Shown piece by piece: positions 1 through 13,500 of a stretch of DNA of 64,000 nucleotides; the first letter of the stretch is position 1, and every line of letters starts with the position of its first letter. The notes under the pieces were generated by a model. The model saw only the letters and a program-made list of their open reading frames with translations, had not been told where the DNA came from and ran no database searches. A program made the translations under genes and the position numbers. Source of the stretch: Balanoglossus misakiensis (Eukaryota > Animalia > Hemichordata); NCBI GenBank assembly GCA_040954595.2, contig CM082576.2:20073028-20137027 (forward strand). Direction: 5' to 3'.

Positions 1-344
1 GCACCATTTTTACATATAATGGAAATTTCATACATCATCAGATATCCAAATATGAAAAAATGATTTAGATTTTAGATGATTGTCCAAAATTAGCTGATAT
101 CTAATAAATGTAGTATTGAACCGTTCTGTTCCCCCCCCCCCCTACATTATATGCGGTACACCGATGTCAGCTTACCCGGCAGTACTGCAGGCCGTGCCCC
201 CAACTAACGTCGGTGTTTGAAACGCCCTGGTAAAATTCGGGCTTTCTCTATAAATTGACAGGCAATAATGCAGTCCTACCGGAACAAATGTCGAGTGTTG
301 ACCCGCTGTGACTTTCCCTCTTCGGTTTGCCCGACTTAGCCAAC

Positions 345-1740
345 GTCTTTGTACTAGAGTGTCGGGTCTTTTGGAGAGCCAGGCCGAAGGAAATCCGACT
401 TGATCACCGTTGCTAACGAACGCTAGTGTCTGTCATGGTGTGCCGGGGTTTTAGTCGAGCCAGGCCGTAGGAAATCCGACTTGATCACCGTTGCTAACGA
501 ACGCTAGTGTCTGTCATGGTGTGCCGGGGTTTTAGTCGAGCCAGGCCGTAGGAAATCCGACGTAATCACCGTTGATAACTTACGCCAGTCTGTGTCATAT
601 AGAGCCGGTGCACCAGCCGAGTCACGCCGTAGGAAATCTTACTTGATCAACGTGGTCAATGTACGCCTGTTTCTGCTCTAGAGTGCCGGGGCTTCAGCTG
701 AGCCAGGCCGTAGGAAACCCGACGTGATTACCTTTGTTAACTTACGCCAGTTTGTGTCCTATATATAGTGCCGGGGCATCAGCCGTGCCAGGCCGAAGGA
801 AATGTGAGTGGATCAACGTGGTCTCTGTACGCGTGTTTCTGCTCTAGAGTGCCAGGGCTTTAGCCAAGCCATGCCGTAGGAAATCTGACTTGATCACCGT
901 TGCTAACGAACGCTAGTGTCTGTCATGGTGTGCCGGGGTTTTAGTCGAGCCAGGCCGTAGGAAATCCGACTTGATCACCGTTGCTAACGAACGCTAGTGT
1001 CTGTCATGGTGTGCCGGGGTTTTAGTCGAGCCAGGCCGTAGGAAATCCGACGTAATCACCGTTGATAACTTACGCCAGTCTGTGTCATATAGAGCCGGTG
1101 CACCAGCCGAGTCACGCCGTAGGAAATCTGACTTGATCAACGTGGTCAATGTACGCCTGTTTCTGCTCTAGAGTGCCGGGGCTTCAGCTGAGCCAGGCCG
1201 TAGGAAACCCGACGTGATTACCGTTGTTAACTTACGCCAGTCTGTGTCCTATATATAGTGCCGGGGCATCAGCCGTGCCAGGCCGAAGGAAATGTGAGAA
1301 GATCAACGTGGTCTCTGTACGCGTGTTTCTGCTCTAGAGTGCCAGGGTTTTAGCTAAGCCATGCCGTAGGAAATCTGACTTGATCAACGTTGCTAACGAA
1401 CGCTAGTGTCTGTCATAGTGTGCCGGGGTTTTAGTCGAGCCAAGCCGTAGGAGATCTGACTTGATCAACGTGGTCAATGTACGCCTGTTTCTTCTCTAGA
1501 GTGCCGGGGCTTCAGCTGAGCCAGGCCGTAGGAAACCCATGCCGTAGAAAATCTGACTTGATCACCGTTGCTAACGTACGCTTGTGTCTGTCATATTGTG
1601 ACGGAGATTTATTCGAGCCAGGCCGTAGAAAAATCGACTTGTTCAACGTTACCAGTGTGCAACTGTTTCTGCTCTAGAGTGTCAGGGTTTTAGCCGACTT
1701 ATGCTGTAGGAAATCTGAGTTGATGAACGGGAATTCAATG
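345..1740. repeat. 81-bp GC-rich minisatellite sub-array (first example; one per macrosatellite unit)
   Basis: The 'ggccgWaggaaatc(c/t)gac' motif recurs at 382, 463, 544 and onward (period 81). One monomer type carries an extra TATA (85 bp). Copy number varies between units (about 10 in basic units, more in the units at ~130, 6577, 24552 and 30811). Confidence 0.95.
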
Positions 1741-4659
1741 TTAGAAAACCCGTGTGGAAAGTATCTCTACCCGTTTGAAACTAAGAAAAGAATTCATTCT
1801 TATTTATTTTGTAAAAAAGACAATTTTTCGAAAAAAAGTCGAAAATGGTAATTTTGTCTTGGGTGATTCAAATTATACCACCTTTTCTGGAATTTGCAGC
1901 ACTTTTTACAAGAGAACGACACTTCATGCTCCATAATATTTCCGAAAATGAAGAAAAGAGTTTATTTTTTATGATTTTTTAAAAATTTACCATTTTTGTC
2001 AAAATATGGCCAAAATGGCTATTTTTTCTTGAATTCCGTCAATATCTCTGCATTTTTGGAGTGGTCGAAACTTTTAACATACAATCAACATGTCGTTATG
2101 ATCGGGGCACCAAATTCGAAGAACAAAGGTTTTTTTATTTTTTTTTCTAAAAATGACATTTTCAAGGAAAATTTGGTAAAACGCAATTGTGTCTGCAGTG
2201 AGCCAAATTAGACGGTCTTTTGTGGAATTTGTATCGATATATACATACGAAGAGCATTCTATACTCCATCAGATTTCCGAAAATGTAGAAAACTGGTATT
2301 TTTTGTAATTTTCAAAATTTTTCCATTTTGACCAAATTGTGCTTAAATTGTTATTTTCGCGTTGAATGCCGCCAGTGTTACTGCTTTTAAAAGTCATGAA
2401 AACTTTTAACATACAAGCAATTGTTTATATATGATCAGGTCACCGAATTAAAAAAATAAAGAACGTTTTGACTAAAAATGACCTTTTTGGTGCAAAAACG
2501 AAGAAAACGCAATTTTGTATTAAATCAGCTCATTCAGAGTGCATTTTTTATAATCAGCACCATTTTTACATATAATGGAAATTTCATACATCATCAGATA
2601 TCCAAATATGAAAACATGATTTAGATTTTAGATGATTGTCCAAAATTAGCTGATATCTAATAAATGTAGTATTGAACCGTTCTGTTCCCCCCCCCCCTAC
2701 ATTACATGCGGTACGCCGATGTCAGCTTACCCGGCAGGACTGCAGGCCGTGCCCCCAACTAACGTCGGTGTTTGAAACGCCCTGGTTAACTTCGGGCTTT
2801 CTCTATAAATTGACAGGCAATAATGCAGTCCTACCCGAACAAATGTCGAGTGTTGACCCGCTGTGACATTCCCTCTTCGGTTTGCCCGACTTAGCCAACG
2901 TCTTTGTACTAGAGTGTCGGGTCTTTTGCAGAGCCAGGCCGAAGGAAATCCGACTTGACCACCGTTGCTAACAAACGCTAGTGACTGTCATGGTGTGCCG
3001 GGGTTTTAGTCGAGCCAGGCCGTAGGAGATCTGACTTGATCATCGTGGTCAATGTACGCGTGTTTCCGCTCTAAAGTGCCGGGGCTTCAGCTAAACCAGG
3101 CCGTAGGAAATCCGACGTAATCACCGTTGATAACTTACGCCAGTCTGTGTCATATAGAGCCGGTGCACCAGCCGAGTCACGCCGTAGGAAATCTGACTTG
3201 ATCAACGTGGTCAATGTACGCGTGTTTCTGCTCTAGAGTGTCGGGGCTTATGCTGAGCCAGGTCGTAGGAAACCCGACGTGATTACCGTTGTTAACTTAC
3301 AACAGTCTGTGTCCTATATATAGTGCCGGGGCATCAGCCGTGCCAGGCCGAAGGAAATGTGAGTAGATCAACGTGGTCTCTGTACGCGTGTTTCTGCTCT
3401 AGAGTGCCAGGGCTTTAGCCAAGCCATGCCGTAGAAAATCTGACTTGATCACCGTTGCTAACGAACGCTAGTGTCTGTCATGGTGTGCCGGGGTTTTAGT
3501 CGAGCCAGGCCGTAGGAGATCTGACTTGATCATCGTGGTCAATGTACGCGTGTTTCCGCTCTAAAGTGCCGGGGCTTTATCCAAGCCATGCCGTAGAAAA
3601 TCTAACTTGATCACCGTTGCTAACGTACGCTAGTGTCTGTCATAATGTGACGGAGATTTAACCGAGCCAGGCCGTAGAAAAATCGACTTGTTCAACGTTA
3701 CCAGTGTGCAACTGTTTCTGCTCTAGAGTGTCAGGGTTTTAGCCGACTTATGCTGTAAGAAATCTGAGTTGATGAACGGGAATTCAATGTTAGAAAACCC
3801 GTGTGGAAAGTATCTCTACCCGTTTGAAACTAAGAAAAGAATTTATTCTTATTTATTTTGTAAAAAAGACAATTTTTCGAAAAAAAAGTCGAAAATGGTA
3901 ATTTTGTCTTGGGTGATTCAAATTATACCACCTTTTCTGGAATTTGCAGCACTTTTTACAAGAGAACGACACTTCATGCTCCATAATATTTCCGAAAATG
4001 AAGAAAAGAGTTTATTTTTTATGATTTTTTAAAAATTTACCATTTTTGTCAAAATATGGCCAAAATGGCTATTTTTTCTTGAATTCCGTCAATATCTCTG
4101 CATTTTTGGAGTTTTCGAAAGTTTTAACATACAATCAACATGTCATATATGATCAGGGCACCACATTCGAAGAACAAAGGTTTTTTTATTTTTTTTTCTA
4201 AAAATGACATTTTCAAGGAAAATTTGGTAAAACGCAATTTTGTCTGCAGTAAGCCATATTAGACTGTCTTTTTTTTTGGAATTTCTATCGATATATACAT
4301 ACGAAGAGCATTCTATACTCCATCAGATTTCCGAAAATGTAGAAAACAGGTATTTTTTGTAATTTTCAAAAATTTACCATTTTGACCAAATTGTGGCTAA
4401 AATTGTTATTTTCGTGTTGAATGCCGCCAGTGTCACAGCTTTTAAAAGTCATAAAAACTTTTAACATACAAGCAATTGTTTATATATGATCAGGTCACCG
4501 AATTAAAAAAATAAAGAATGTTTTGCCTAAAAATGACCTTTTTGGTGTAATAACGAATAAAACGCAATTTTGTATTAAATCAGAATGCATTTTTATAATC
4601 AGCACCATTTTTACATATAATGGAAATTTCATACATCATCAGATATCCAAATATGAAAA

Positions 4660-6504
4660 AATAGCGTCAAGGACACTGTGGTCCCATTTGAGGATTATGC
4701 GGAAACAGTGACACACCAGAATAAAAATTACAGGTGACATTGCAAGCAGATCTACAAGCAGCAATATCGGGCCCAAGCCAACATAGCACATAGCAATATA
4801 GCAATAAGCATATCTGCTCTGGATGCCAAGATATGGAAAAGTATGTCAAAGGTCACCTGAGGTTATGCAAAATTTGGGCAAGAAATTTTGACCGTATACT
4901 GGTCCATGTTCAACAAAAACCAAACCTATAGCCCTATTGGTTAGCCTGGAATTAGGTATGCACATAATAAATGAGATATGCAGGTGTCACAGATGACCCC
5001 AAATTTTGGCTTTTCAATTTTAGTCCCAACCCTCCAAACGCCAAGTCTGTACCTGCTCTGGATGCCAAGATATGATAAAGTAGGTCAAAGGTCACCTGAG
5101 GTCATGCAAAATTTGGGCAAGAAATTTTGACCTTATACTGGTCCATGTTCAACAAAAACCAAACCTATTGCCCTATTGGTTAGCCTGGAATTAGGTATGC
5201 ACATAATTAATGAGATATGCAGGTGTCACAGGTGACCCCCCAATTTTGGCTTTTCAATTTTAGTCCCAACCCTCCGAACGCCAAGTCTGTACCTGCTCTG
5301 GATGCCAAGATATGATAAAGTAGGTCAAAGGTCACCTGAGGTCATGCAAAATTTGGGCAAGAAATTTTGACCTTATACTGGTCCATGTTCAACAAAAACC
5401 AAACCTATTGCCCTATTGGTTAGCCTGGAATTAGGTATGCACATAAATAATGAGATATGCAGGTGTCACAGGTGACCCCCCAATTTTGGCTTTTCAATTT
5501 TAGTCCCAACCCTCCGAACGCCAAGTCTGTACCTGCTCTGGATGCCAAGAAATGGTAAAGTAGGTCAAAGGTCACCTGAAGTCATGCAAAATTTGGGCAA
5601 GAAATTTAGACCCTATACTGGTCCATGTTCAACAAAAACCAAACCTATAGCCCTATTGGTTAGCCTGGAATTAGGTATGCACATAATAAATGAGATATGC
5701 AGGTGTCACAGGTGACCAATATTTTGGCTTTTCAATTTTAGTCCCAACCCTCCAAACGCCAAGTCTGTACCTGCTCTGGATGCCGAGATATAGGAAAGTA
5801 GGTCAAAGGTCACCTGAGGTCACCCAAAATTTGGGCAAGAAATTTTGACCCTATACTGGTCCATGTCCCACAAGAACGAAACCTCTAGCCCTATTAGTTA
5901 GCCCGGAATTAGGTATGCACATAATTAATGTGTTAAGCAGGTGTTACAGGTGAGCCCAAAATTTTGCCTTTTATTTTGGCCTCATTGTGCTCACTGACCA
6001 ATAGACAGTCACTGTACAGTACTATTGCACAAACCAGAATTCCACAATAAGACGTGGACATAGCTTAACCATAGAGGTATAAGTAAAGGTATACATTTTA
6101 ATAAAAAGACTAAAAAATTCATAAAAAATAAAACATCAATGATATTAACTTAACACTTACAGGTCGATGTGAGGTTGACATAAGGTACATGCATACCAAT
6201 TTTGAAAGCAATCTGACGAGTAGTTGTTGACTTTCAGAGTTTTGATAAATTTCACATTTTTCCAGCTAATTTGCATATTTTTGGGCCTGGCAACTTCGTT
6301 TGGACAAACTCCCATCTACAGCCCAGCCTGCACCTACACACCAAATATTGAGGTGATACGCGCAGCGGTTTTCAAGTTTTTGATGTGGACGGACATACAG
6401 ACATACATCCATCCATACATCCATACATACATCCATACATACATACAGACGCAACCGATCCCATAAGGTCCCATGGTATATATGCCTATACCAATGGGAC
6501 CTAA
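4660..6504 (-). mobile_element. Non-autonomous Helentron-associated (HINE/DINE-1-like) element, family A, copy 1
   Basis: Splits the host run 'atatgaaaaaa|tgatttag' with no clear TSD. On the minus strand the order is: 5' TTAGGTCCCAT followed by its inverted partner ATGGGACCTTA (hairpin), a (TGTA/TGGA)n microsatellite, central 240-bp tandem repeats, 3' subterminal repeat ATGGGACC, hairpin AGTGTC-CTT-GACGCT, then a T-run. This matches the established DINE-1/HINE layout. Confidence 0.8.
4810..5960. repeat. 240-bp central tandem repeat (~4.5 copies)
   Basis: 'ccaagtctgtacctgctctggatgcc' occurs at 5041, 5281, 5521 and ~5759. The same monomer occurs at 36570-37700 and throughout 44300-64000. Confidence 0.95.
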
Positions 6505-7521
6505 AAATGATTTAGATTTTAAATGATTGTCCAAAATTAGCTGATATCTAATAAATGTAGTATTGAACCGTTCTGTTCCCCCCCCCCCACATTATATGCG
6601 GTACGCCGATGTCAGTTTACCCGGCAGTACTGCAGGCCGTGCCCCCAACTAACGTCGGTGTTTGAAACGCCCTGGTTAAATTCGGGCCTTCTCTATAAAT
6701 TGACAGGCAATAATGCAGTCCTACCCGAACAAATGTCAAGTGTTGAACCGCTGTGACTTTCCCTCTTCGGTTTGCCCGACTTAGCCAACGTCTATGTACT
6801 AGAGTGTCGGGTCTTTTGCAGAGCCAGGCCGAAGGAAATCCGACTTGATCACCGTTGCTAACGAACGCTAGTGTCTGTCATGGTGTGCCGGGGTTTTAGT
6901 CGAGCCAGGCCGTAGGAGATCTGACTTGATCATCGTGGTCAATGTACGCGTGTTTCCGCTCTAAAGTGCCGGGGCTTCAGCTAAACCAGGCCGAAGGAAA
7001 TCCGACGTAATCACCGTTGATAACTTACGCCAGTCTGTGTCATATAGAGCCGGTGCACCAGCCGAGTAACGCCGTAGGAAATCTGACTTGATCAACGTGG
7101 TCAATGTACGCCTGTTTCTGCTCTAGAGTGCCGGGGCTTCAGCTGAGCCAGGCCGTAGGAAACCCGACGTGATTACCGTTGTTAACTTACGCCAGTCTGT
7201 GTCCTATATATAGTGCCGGGGCATCAGCCGTGCCAGGCCGAAGGAAATGTGAGTAGATCAACGTGGTCTCTGTACGCGTGTTTCTGCTCTAGAATGCCAG
7301 GGCTTTAGCCAAGCCATGCCGTAGGAAATCTGACTTGATCAACGTTGCTAACGAACGCTGGTGTCTGTCATAGTGTGCCGGGGTTTTAGTCGAGCCAAGC
7401 CGTAGGAGATCAGACTTGATCAACGTGGTCTCTGTACGCGTGTTTCTGCTCTAGAGTGCCGGGGCTTTATCCAAGCCATGCCGTAGAAAATCTGACTTGA
7501 TCACCGTTGCTAACGTACGCT

Positions 7522-8069
7522 AGATTTCCTACGGCATGGCTTGGCTAAAGCCCTGGCACTCTAGAGCAGAAACACGCGTACAGAGACCACGTTGATCTAC
7601 TCACATTTCCTTCGGCCTGGCACGGCTGATGCCCCGGCACTATATATAGGACACAAATCTGACTTGATCAACGTGGTCAATGTACGCCTGTTTCTGCTCT
7701 AGAGTGCCGGGGCTTCAGCTGAGCCAGGCCGTAGGAAACCCGACGTGATTACCGTTGTTAACTTACGCCAGTCTGTGTCCTATATATAGTGCCGGGGCAT
7801 CAGCCGTGCCAGGCCGAAGGAAATGTGAGTAGATCAACGTGGTCTCTGTACGCGTGTTTCTGCTCTAGAGTGCCGGGGCTTTATCCAAGCCATGCCGTAG
7901 AAAATCTGACTTGATCACCGTTGCTAACGTACGCTAGATTTCCTACGGCATGGCTTGGCTAAAGCCCTGGCACTCTAGAGCAGAAACACGCGTACAGAGA
8001 CCACGTTGATCTACTCACATTTCCTTCGGCCTGGCACGGCTGATGCCCCGGCACTATATATAGGACACA
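7522..8069 (-). repeat. Two inverted ~134-bp segments of the 81-bp array (7522-7655 and 7936-8069)
   Basis: 'agatttcctacggcatggcttggctaaagccctggcac...tatatataggacaca' is the reverse complement of normal array sequence (e.g. ~7197-7331). It is repeated 414 bp later with identical junctions. Confidence 0.93.
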
Positions 8070-9808
8070 AATCTGACTTGATCAACGTGGTCAATGTACG
8101 CCTGTTTCTGCTCTAGAGTGCCGGGGCTTCAGCTGAGCCAGGCCGTAGGAAACCCGACGTGATTACCGTTGTTAACTTACGCCAGTCTGTGTCCTATATA
8201 TAGTGCCGGGGCATCAGCCGTGCCAGGCCGAAGGAAATGTGAGTAGATCAACGTGGTCTCTGTACGCGTGTTTCTGCTCTATAGTGCCAGGGCTTTAGCC
8301 AAGCCATGCCGTAGGAAATCTGACTTGATCAACGTTGCTAACGAACGCTAGTGTCTGTCATAGTGTGCCGGGGTTTTAGTCGAGCCAAGCCGTAGGAGAT
8401 CAGACTTGATCAACGTGGTCTCTGTACGCGTGTTTCTGCTCTAGAGTGCCGGGGCTTTATCCAAGCCATGCCGTAGAAAATCTGACTTGATCACCGTTGC
8501 TAACGTACGCTAGTGTCTGTCATATTGTGACGGAGATTTAGCCGAGCCAGGCCATAGAAAAATCAACTTGTTCAACGTTACCAGTGTGCAACTGTTTCTG
8601 CTCTAGAGTGTCAGGGTTTTAGCCGACTTATGCTGTAGGAAATCTGAGTTGATGAATGGGAATTCAATGTTAGAAACCCGTGTGGAAAGTATCTCTACCC
8701 GTTTGAAACTAAGAAAAGAATTTATTCTTATTTATTTTGTAAAAAAAGACAATTTTTCGAAAAAAAGTCGAAAATGGTAATTTTGTCTTGGGTGATTCAA
8801 ATTATACCGCCTTTTCTGGAATTTGCAGCACTTTTTACAAGAGAACGACACTTCATGCTCCATAATATTTCCGAAAATGAAGAAAAGAGTTAATTTTTTA
8901 TGATTTTTTAAAAATTTACCATTTGTGTCAAAATATGGCCAAAATGGCTATTTTTTCTTGAATTCCGTCAATATCTCTGCATTTTTGGAGTGGTCGAAAG
9001 TTTTAACATACAATCAACATGTCATATATGATCAGGGCACCAAATTCGAAGAACAAAGGTTTTTTTATTTTTCTTCTAAAAATGACATTTTCAAGAAAAA
9101 TTTGGTAAAACGCAATTTTGTCTGAAGTGAGCCAAATTAGACGGTCTTTTGTGGAATTTGTAACGATATATATATACGAAGAGCATTCTATACTCCATCA
9201 GATTTCCGAAAATGTAGAAAACAGGTATTTTTTGTAATTTTCAAAAATTTACCATTTTGACCAAATTGTGGCTAAAATTGTTATTTTCGTGTTAAATGCC
9301 GCCAGTGTCACTGCTTTTAAAAGTCATAAAAACTTTTAACATACAAGCAATTGTTTATATATGATCAGGTCACCGAATTAAAAAAATAAAGAATGTTTTG
9401 CCTAAAAATGACCTTTTTGGTGCAAAAAAGATTAAAACGCAATTTTGTATTAAATTGTCCAAAATTAGCTGATATCTAATAAATGTAGTATTGAACCGTT
9501 CTGTTCCACCCCCCCCCCCTACATTATTTGCGGTACGCCGATGTCAGCTTACCCGGCAGTACTGTAGGCCGTGCCCCCAACTAACGTCGGTGTTTGAAAC
9601 GCCCTGGTTAAATTCGGGCTTTCTCTAGAAATTGACAGGCAATAATGCAGTCCTACCCGAACAAATGTCAAGTGTTGAACCGCTGTGACTTTCCCTCTTC
9701 GGTTTGCCCGACTTAGCCAACGTCTTTAGCTTCAGCTAAACCAGGCCGTAGGAAATCCGACGTAATCACCGTTGATAACTTACGCCAGTCTGTGTCATAT
9801 AGAGCCGG

Positions 9809-10466
9809 TGTAAGTGCAGTCCTCCCTGATTGGATGGCTGTGTGTGCAGGTGCACATGCACATAGTGGTTATCCAATATGCAAATTTCCTTTTCACTATA
9901 AATTTGCACCTCGCCAGTGTGCAAGTTTTCATTTCATCGTCAGGCCTTCTAGGCTACATGTTTGTGACCACTGCACTGCATGCTTTTTGAGCCCCTAAAA
10001 GCGTCACCATCTGAGGTAAGACTTACCTGTTTTATTTAGCGATACAGAGCGGTCTTTCAACAGAAGCAGCGACTATCCAGGACGCAGACTACTTCATTTA
10101 TAAACCATTAATTTTGAGCGATTGAGTAGAATTGATTTGAATTTACTTACCTGTAAACGCTGTATTTTTGGAATTTGCTTTGTAATTGAGTTTGAACTTC
10201 TGTATCGGCATTTTACATTTACCTTTGAATACTTACTTGAATTTATTTCGTCTATGTATTTGTTTATACAGAACCGTGTTGTACCCGTGTTATACCAGTG
10301 TTATACCAGTATTAGAACCGTGTTATTACGTCGTGCACGGTCTATTTTGTATGCACCGAACAGTTTGCTCCTCGTAGAGAGTAAAATAAAAGGGGAATTT
10401 TTATACAACACGAGTGTCCAGAGTGTGTACTCTAGGGGCCCATGCAAGTAGGAATTGGATCCTACA
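9809..10466 (+). repeat. Putative 5' LTR (~658 bp)
   Basis: TGTA...TACA inverted termini, AATAAA at ~10385, followed by 'tagttctcagatgacgttgga' and the gag ATG at 10533. The right boundary cannot be confirmed without a second LTR. Confidence 0.65.
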
Positions 10467-10532
10467 TAGTTCTCAGATGACGTTGGACTGAAACCTGGTG
10501 TAACCGTGTACTAGCAGATACATTAGAAAGTC

Positions 10533-13500
10533 ATGGCAACTGGAAACGACGAGATGTTCCACGTTCCAGCAGCACCAGGCCCTGTCTCCGTCAAGAGTAG
10601 CAGTTCATCAAAAACAGCTAGCTCAACAAGAGAAGAAAAAGCCGGTAAGCAGATTGAATTAGTTCTCAAATTAAGGAGATCAATTATCGCTTACCGCGGC
10701 CATATGACACGTATTTACATGGATGTAGAGACCATGTTAATGTCGTCGCCTGACTACCAAGCAGTTACCAAAAAGAAAGAAGACTTGGATAGGATTTTTA
10801 CTTCATATACAAATACTTGTTATGAATATCAGAAACATCTTTCAAGGTCCGAACAAGAAAGTGTACGACTTGAACACGAATCTGAAGTTAACAGAAAAGA
10901 GTGTCTGGAACAACGCCTGAAGAACTGGATTTCGTCTCATCGAATCACGATAACAACTCCGTCACGTGGGTTGGAGCCAGAAGTGCCACCAGCTTCACAA
11001 GAGGATGATGTCAACGGTTCAGCGGCTTCCAAAAATTCACGTCACTCTACCAAGGACCAGGTAAAATCTGTAAAAAAGAAATCACATAGTCAAACGTCTT
11101 AGGGAAATGGTAACCGGCAGACAAATAATATATGTTCTTTATCGAGTTCAAAGGCAAGTCGAGCTTCAAGAATTGCAAGAAGGAAGATATTGGAAACCCA
11201 GCTTGAACTTGAAAAGATACAGCAAGAAGAAGAAGCCAAAGCCAAGCTTCGTGATCTGCGACTTCGAGAAGAAGAAATAAAGATGCAGTCAACATTGAAG
11301 ATTCTAGACGTTCAACAGAAGTTAAAACAGGCTGAAATGGAGGCTGAATTAGCAGAAGAGGGAACTTCGTTTCATTCCAAAGAATATTTTGTTGATACAA
11401 GTGAAGCAAGGATGACCAGTCCAAGTGAGAAGATTGACAGGTATTTCCAGTCTTTTCAAGATTATCGCCCCCATGTATTGTCGAGTGGTCCCCCAGTAGA
11501 AGTTTCCCAGTTCAACACAACAACAACTTTGCTTAAAGAGAGACCGCTGTCCGAAAATGTGAAACAGTTGGAGGGCAATGTGGCAGCATTAAATCCGAAT
11601 GCACCAGAATGGCAGCCCGTGGACCACAATATTGGGGAACAACTTTATAGAAATGAACCAAGTCCATTGCGGGATGGGCAACACGAAATCCTACAGAGTA
11701 TGATAAGACAACAGAGTGAAGCCAGGCAAGCACTTGTAACTAGTTTGAATTTGCCGAAGCGGGAATTCCTATCGTTTAATGGTGACCCAGTAGTGTACCC
11801 CACGTTCACCAGAAATTTTGAGATAAACATTGTAAAGGGAACAACCGATGATGGCACTAGATTGGCTTATCTCATCCAATACTGCACTGGACCAGCCAAA
11901 GAAGCAATCAAGAACTGTGTGATTCTACCTCCAGAACAAGGTTACACTGAAGCAAGGAAAATATTATACCAGAATTTCGGCCAGAAACACACGATCGTCC
12001 ATGCAACCATAGACAAAGTCGTCAAGGGACCACAGATCAAGGCCACGGACACATCAAAGTTGCTACAGTTGGCACGTGACATGAATAATTGTCATATGTG
12101 TTCCAGCCAAATGAAATACACCGCTGATCTGAACTCCATGGATACATTGGAGAAGATAGTGAGACGCCTACCTACATTTCTACAAGCAGATTGGGCAAAA
12201 GAAGTTGGAAGAATGATTTACTCCGGTATTGAACCAGAATTCATCCATCTGACAGCGTTTTTGGAGAAGCGAGCAGCCTTGGCCAATACAAGATTCGGGA
12301 TGTTGGTTGGATCAAAACCAGAACCAGAGAGAGACGTAAAGTCCAGGGTCAAACAATTCACCAAGGCTACTACTTTGACCACACAAGTAAGTCATGAAAT
12401 GTACGGCAAGACGCAAGACAAACCCTACTGCCAATCCAAGAGAGAAATTAGATGTCTTTTCTGCCAAGGACAACACCAACTGCAGAGATGCCGGAAGTTT
12501 GCCAGGAAGTCGTTCATGGAGAAGAAAACGTTTGTGCGAAAACAGAACCTCTGTGATTGTTGTCTGGAAGCAACCCCTCGACACTTCGCTAAAAACTGCA
12601 AAAGTGGATTGTTTTGTCCAGTAACTGACTGTGGAAGACTTCACCACCCATTACTACACCCAGTATCGTCACATCCTAGCCAGTCGTCAAATGAAGTGTA
12701 TCCCAGTGGAAGTGGTAGACCAGCTCCACCCACAACACGTCTTGGGAAGAATAAAGACGAGAAAAGTGACGGGAATTCTGAAGTAACCAATGGGGCCGGT
12801 AGCACCGTTCATTGTAAAGCAACCAGGACAAACAAGCCACGTATCAGCCTACAAGTTGTACCAGTCCGAGTAAGTGGAGTGGAGGGAGGAGCAGAGATTG
12901 AAACTTATGCATTCCTGGACAATGGTTCAGACACAACAATATGTCTCTCATCTCTAGCAGACAGACTTGGTTTGGGTGGACAACCCATTACATATACACT
13001 TTCCACACTCGATGCTGAAACGAAGAAGTATGGACGTGAAGTTAAATTAGATGTACGAGGTCTACATAGAAATCAAAGTGTTCATCTTGATAAGGTATGG
13101 ACGACGGACAAACTTCCCATAACGGCAAACAGTATACCAACAGCAGAGGATACGAAGGAATGGTCTCATCTGAAGGATGTTGAATTACGAGAATTGCAGA
13201 ACAAGGAAGTCACAATCCTGATCGGTAACGACATTCCAGAAGCACACTGGGTCCTGGAGGAAAGACGTGCCGGGAGAAAACAACCATACGCAATCCGAAC
13301 ATTACTTGGATGGACGTTGATTGGGCCGATGAAAGGAAAGAAAGAAACCAACTCATCAATCAACTTTATCAATATGGACCAGATCATCGACAGTGATACT
13401 TCTATCAAAGGTATGGAGTCCATTTCATCACAATTGGAAAGGATGTACAATGCCGACTTCAACGAAAATCTAGTGGATACTAAAGAATGCATGTCATTAG

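Noticed and set aside
20-62. Hammerhead-like core on the minus strand (TC-ATAT-TTGG-ATAT-CTGATGA-TGTAT-GAAA) in each unit
   Set aside because: No helix II can form from TGTAT and helix III cannot extend beyond one pair. The segment is also a diverged copy of the AT-rich sub-repeat.
258-305. Twister-ribozyme-like words (TAATGCAG...GAGTG)
   Set aside because: The P4/pseudoknot elements (GGU...AAGCC) and sufficient length are missing.
320-358. Canonical Helitron 3' end (hairpin + CTAG) defining the macrosatellite unit
   Set aside because: The CTAG is homologous to the 'ctctagagtg' word present in the 81-bp monomers, so it simply marks the start of the sub-array.
345-1740. 81-bp repeats as a CRISPR array
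   Set aside because: There are no unique spacers (intervening sequences are recurrent homologous monomers), no cas genes, and the context is eukaryotic with spliceosomal introns.
1754-2866. Recurring short ORFs (MESISTRLK..., MSKYGQNG..., MNRSV...)
   Set aside because: Non-ATG starts, lengths that vary with homopolymer indels between units, and no recognisable domain. These are satellite artefacts.
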